Origin: Selaginella moellendorffii
Lineage: Eukaryota; Plantae; Lycopodiophyta
Length of the DNA stretch: 64,000 nt
Assembly: GCF_000143415.4 (NCBI RefSeq)
Contig: NW_003314277.1
Span: 197,183 to 261,182, forward strand
Direction: 5' to 3'
The position numbers and the translations under genes were made by a program. Below are positions 62,175 through 64,000 of the stretch, one piece after another; the stretch's first letter is position 1; every line of letters begins with the position of its first letter. Below the pieces are notes generated by a model that saw nothing but the letters and a program-made list of their open reading frames with translations, ran no database searches and had not been told where the DNA came from.

Positions 62175-64000
62175 GTAACAGAATTACTCACATAAATAAT
62201 AACAATCAATCTGATGGTCGTCTTTGGAGGAGTTTGCCCCATGGCCAGCTTCTAGCTATGGAAGTAGAGAATGTCTTGCTTCTCATCCTCTTCGGCGTCA
62301 TGCTGCCTTTGATTTGTATCAGGTATGTAGACGTATTGTTTCATCACTTCTCTGGCAGATCTGGGCGAGGTAGGAATCGCTTACGATGAACTCGTTCATC
62401 TTGCCATTGATCTCGATCCAGCTCCTGCTGCCGGGCTTCTTTATTCCCTGATATCAACTTGTGGACCTTGGCGGCCATGTCCCACTTCCCAGCGTCGCTC
62501 TAAGGTCCACGAAGCCACCATGGCTGCAAGCTTAGAGGACGTGCGTGAAGGTGACGCTGTCGGGCTTGTAGCCGTCCTGTTCGATGCTCCATGCCAAAGT
62601 GGCCGTTTCTAGCATAGGCCGAGAAGGTGATGTTGTTGGGCTCGAGCTTCTGGTCGAAGAGCTTCTGGGCCTTAATCAGGCCACGTACTTGTTGAGCAGC
62701 GTGGTGTGGAGCACGACGTCGCATGGAGCTGGCGGGCTTCTGGGAGAGCTCGGCGGCGCAGGGGTGGAAGAAAGCTCCACCGCCTCGCGGACGAGGCCCA
62801 GGGGCCGCTGGAGTGCCGCCAGGATGACCTTGATTGGGAGGCACCTGGTGACGATTCTTGGTTGACGATTCTGGGGAGTCCTGCCCTGCCATAGCCAATG
62901 CTCGGCAAATCGGCAAATTCATGGCTGCCCACGACGAGAACTCGTGCCCCAAATTAGCCTCCATCTTTGAAACTCTTTCTCGCTTATAGACCAAACAACG
63001 CGCATTCTCTAAATTCCAGTACTCCAGATTCTCTATCGATCCTTCACTCTGAGAAACCCTCACCATCGCTTGCGCGCCATCGCTCCGGTGATTCATGCAA
63101 ATGCCCCATTCTTGGGGAAGAATATGCTGTCAAGTTCCTCCAGGAAAGCGCCGTGATTCCCGTTAGGAAAGCGTTCTCTCGCTCTCTCGCAGCGACGATG
63201 CCACAGATGGTTTCTCTCGAGGCCACGCCTCCAAAGCGCAGCACGGTCGACGTCGCAAGGGGCCAGCTCCAGAAATGATGCCTCCCAAGCGCAAGCTCGG
63301 TCGGCCTCCAAGGCAGTTCCAGAATGGTCAGTCGCGATCTATGCCTCCATCAAGCGCAAGCCCGCCCAGCTCCAAACTCGTCGACAGGCACTATTTAAGC
63401 TGGTTGACTTAAAGGTTTACTAAATCTCTCTGATTTTCTTTTCTTGCTTTATCATGATAGTTTCTTCTATTGGATGGCTGCTGGCGCGAGGCATTGTGCG
63501 CCCCAGGTTACCTAAATTATCCTCCAACGCCACTCCAGTTCCACACCCAGGAAGAACCTGCTCTGCATCGAGTACAAGGTGCCACTCAGCCAAGAATGCA
63601 GAGACTATCATGGAACTTGCGACCACACGAACACTTCGCAGATCTTAGTCGCAAGCCGCCTTTTGGCAATCATGTTGTGCGATGCGAAACGGGTCATCGA
63701 TACATTGGGGTTGGAAACATTTAGAATCAACAGGAACCCGATCTTGTATCTCCGTGCAACCAAACTCGGTAGTCTGCCGCCACTGCAGGAGGGTCCTGCA
63801 CAAAGCTCGCTTTCCTGTAAACTCCAGTGTCAAGGAGAGCTTGAGCATCTGCAGCAGCCCCAAGTTGATCAGGCTCAGGACGAGAACATTTCGTCACCGT
63901 TTGCCCAGCCTCGCAAGGTGGCCCGAATTGCACGAATGCAACCGAATGATGGAGACTGTCGTGAGCTCAACGATCATCAAGCCCAAGTGGTCCTTCGGCC

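Larger units (their letters stand above)
56030..63950 (+). repeat. Direct segmental duplication: ~56030-59050 and ~60735-63950 (offset ~4.9 kb)
   Basis: Colinear spherulin gene plus downstream decayed PPR sequence in both units. Confidence 0.9.

Overview
Eukaryotic plant nuclear DNA. The ~50-nt GT-AG introns, compact genes and many PLS-type PPR genes suggest a lycophyte such as Selaginella; this is inference only. Positions 1-31 kb are a nest of LTR retroelements: a young full-length Ty3/gypsy chromovirus (7360-14889, minus), an older relative, three copies of a non-coding LARD-like family (one nested in its own family's LTR), a decayed gypsy pol, a 5S-rRNA-carrying Cassandra TRIM and a second TRIM. 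Positions 33-64 kb hold two aminopeptidase-P pseudogenes (one hit by an RT-less chromovirus), an intact CYP85-clan P450, PPR and PUS7 pseudogenes, an intact twin-CX9C (CHCHD2/Mic17-like) gene and a tandem duplication carrying two intronless secreted spherulin-4 (GH135)-like genes. Main finding: the young chromovirus has an integrase split by two canonical 47- and 52-nt spliceosomal introns whose removal restores one 1557-aa Gag-Pol-chromodomain frame. It also carries a covarying tRNA-T-arm-like structure in its 3' UTR and shares terminal/PPT signals with the Cassandra TRIM, making it a candidate autonomous partner. A decayed amino (N4C/N6A) DNA methyltransferase-like exon lies at ~33.3-33.5 kb.
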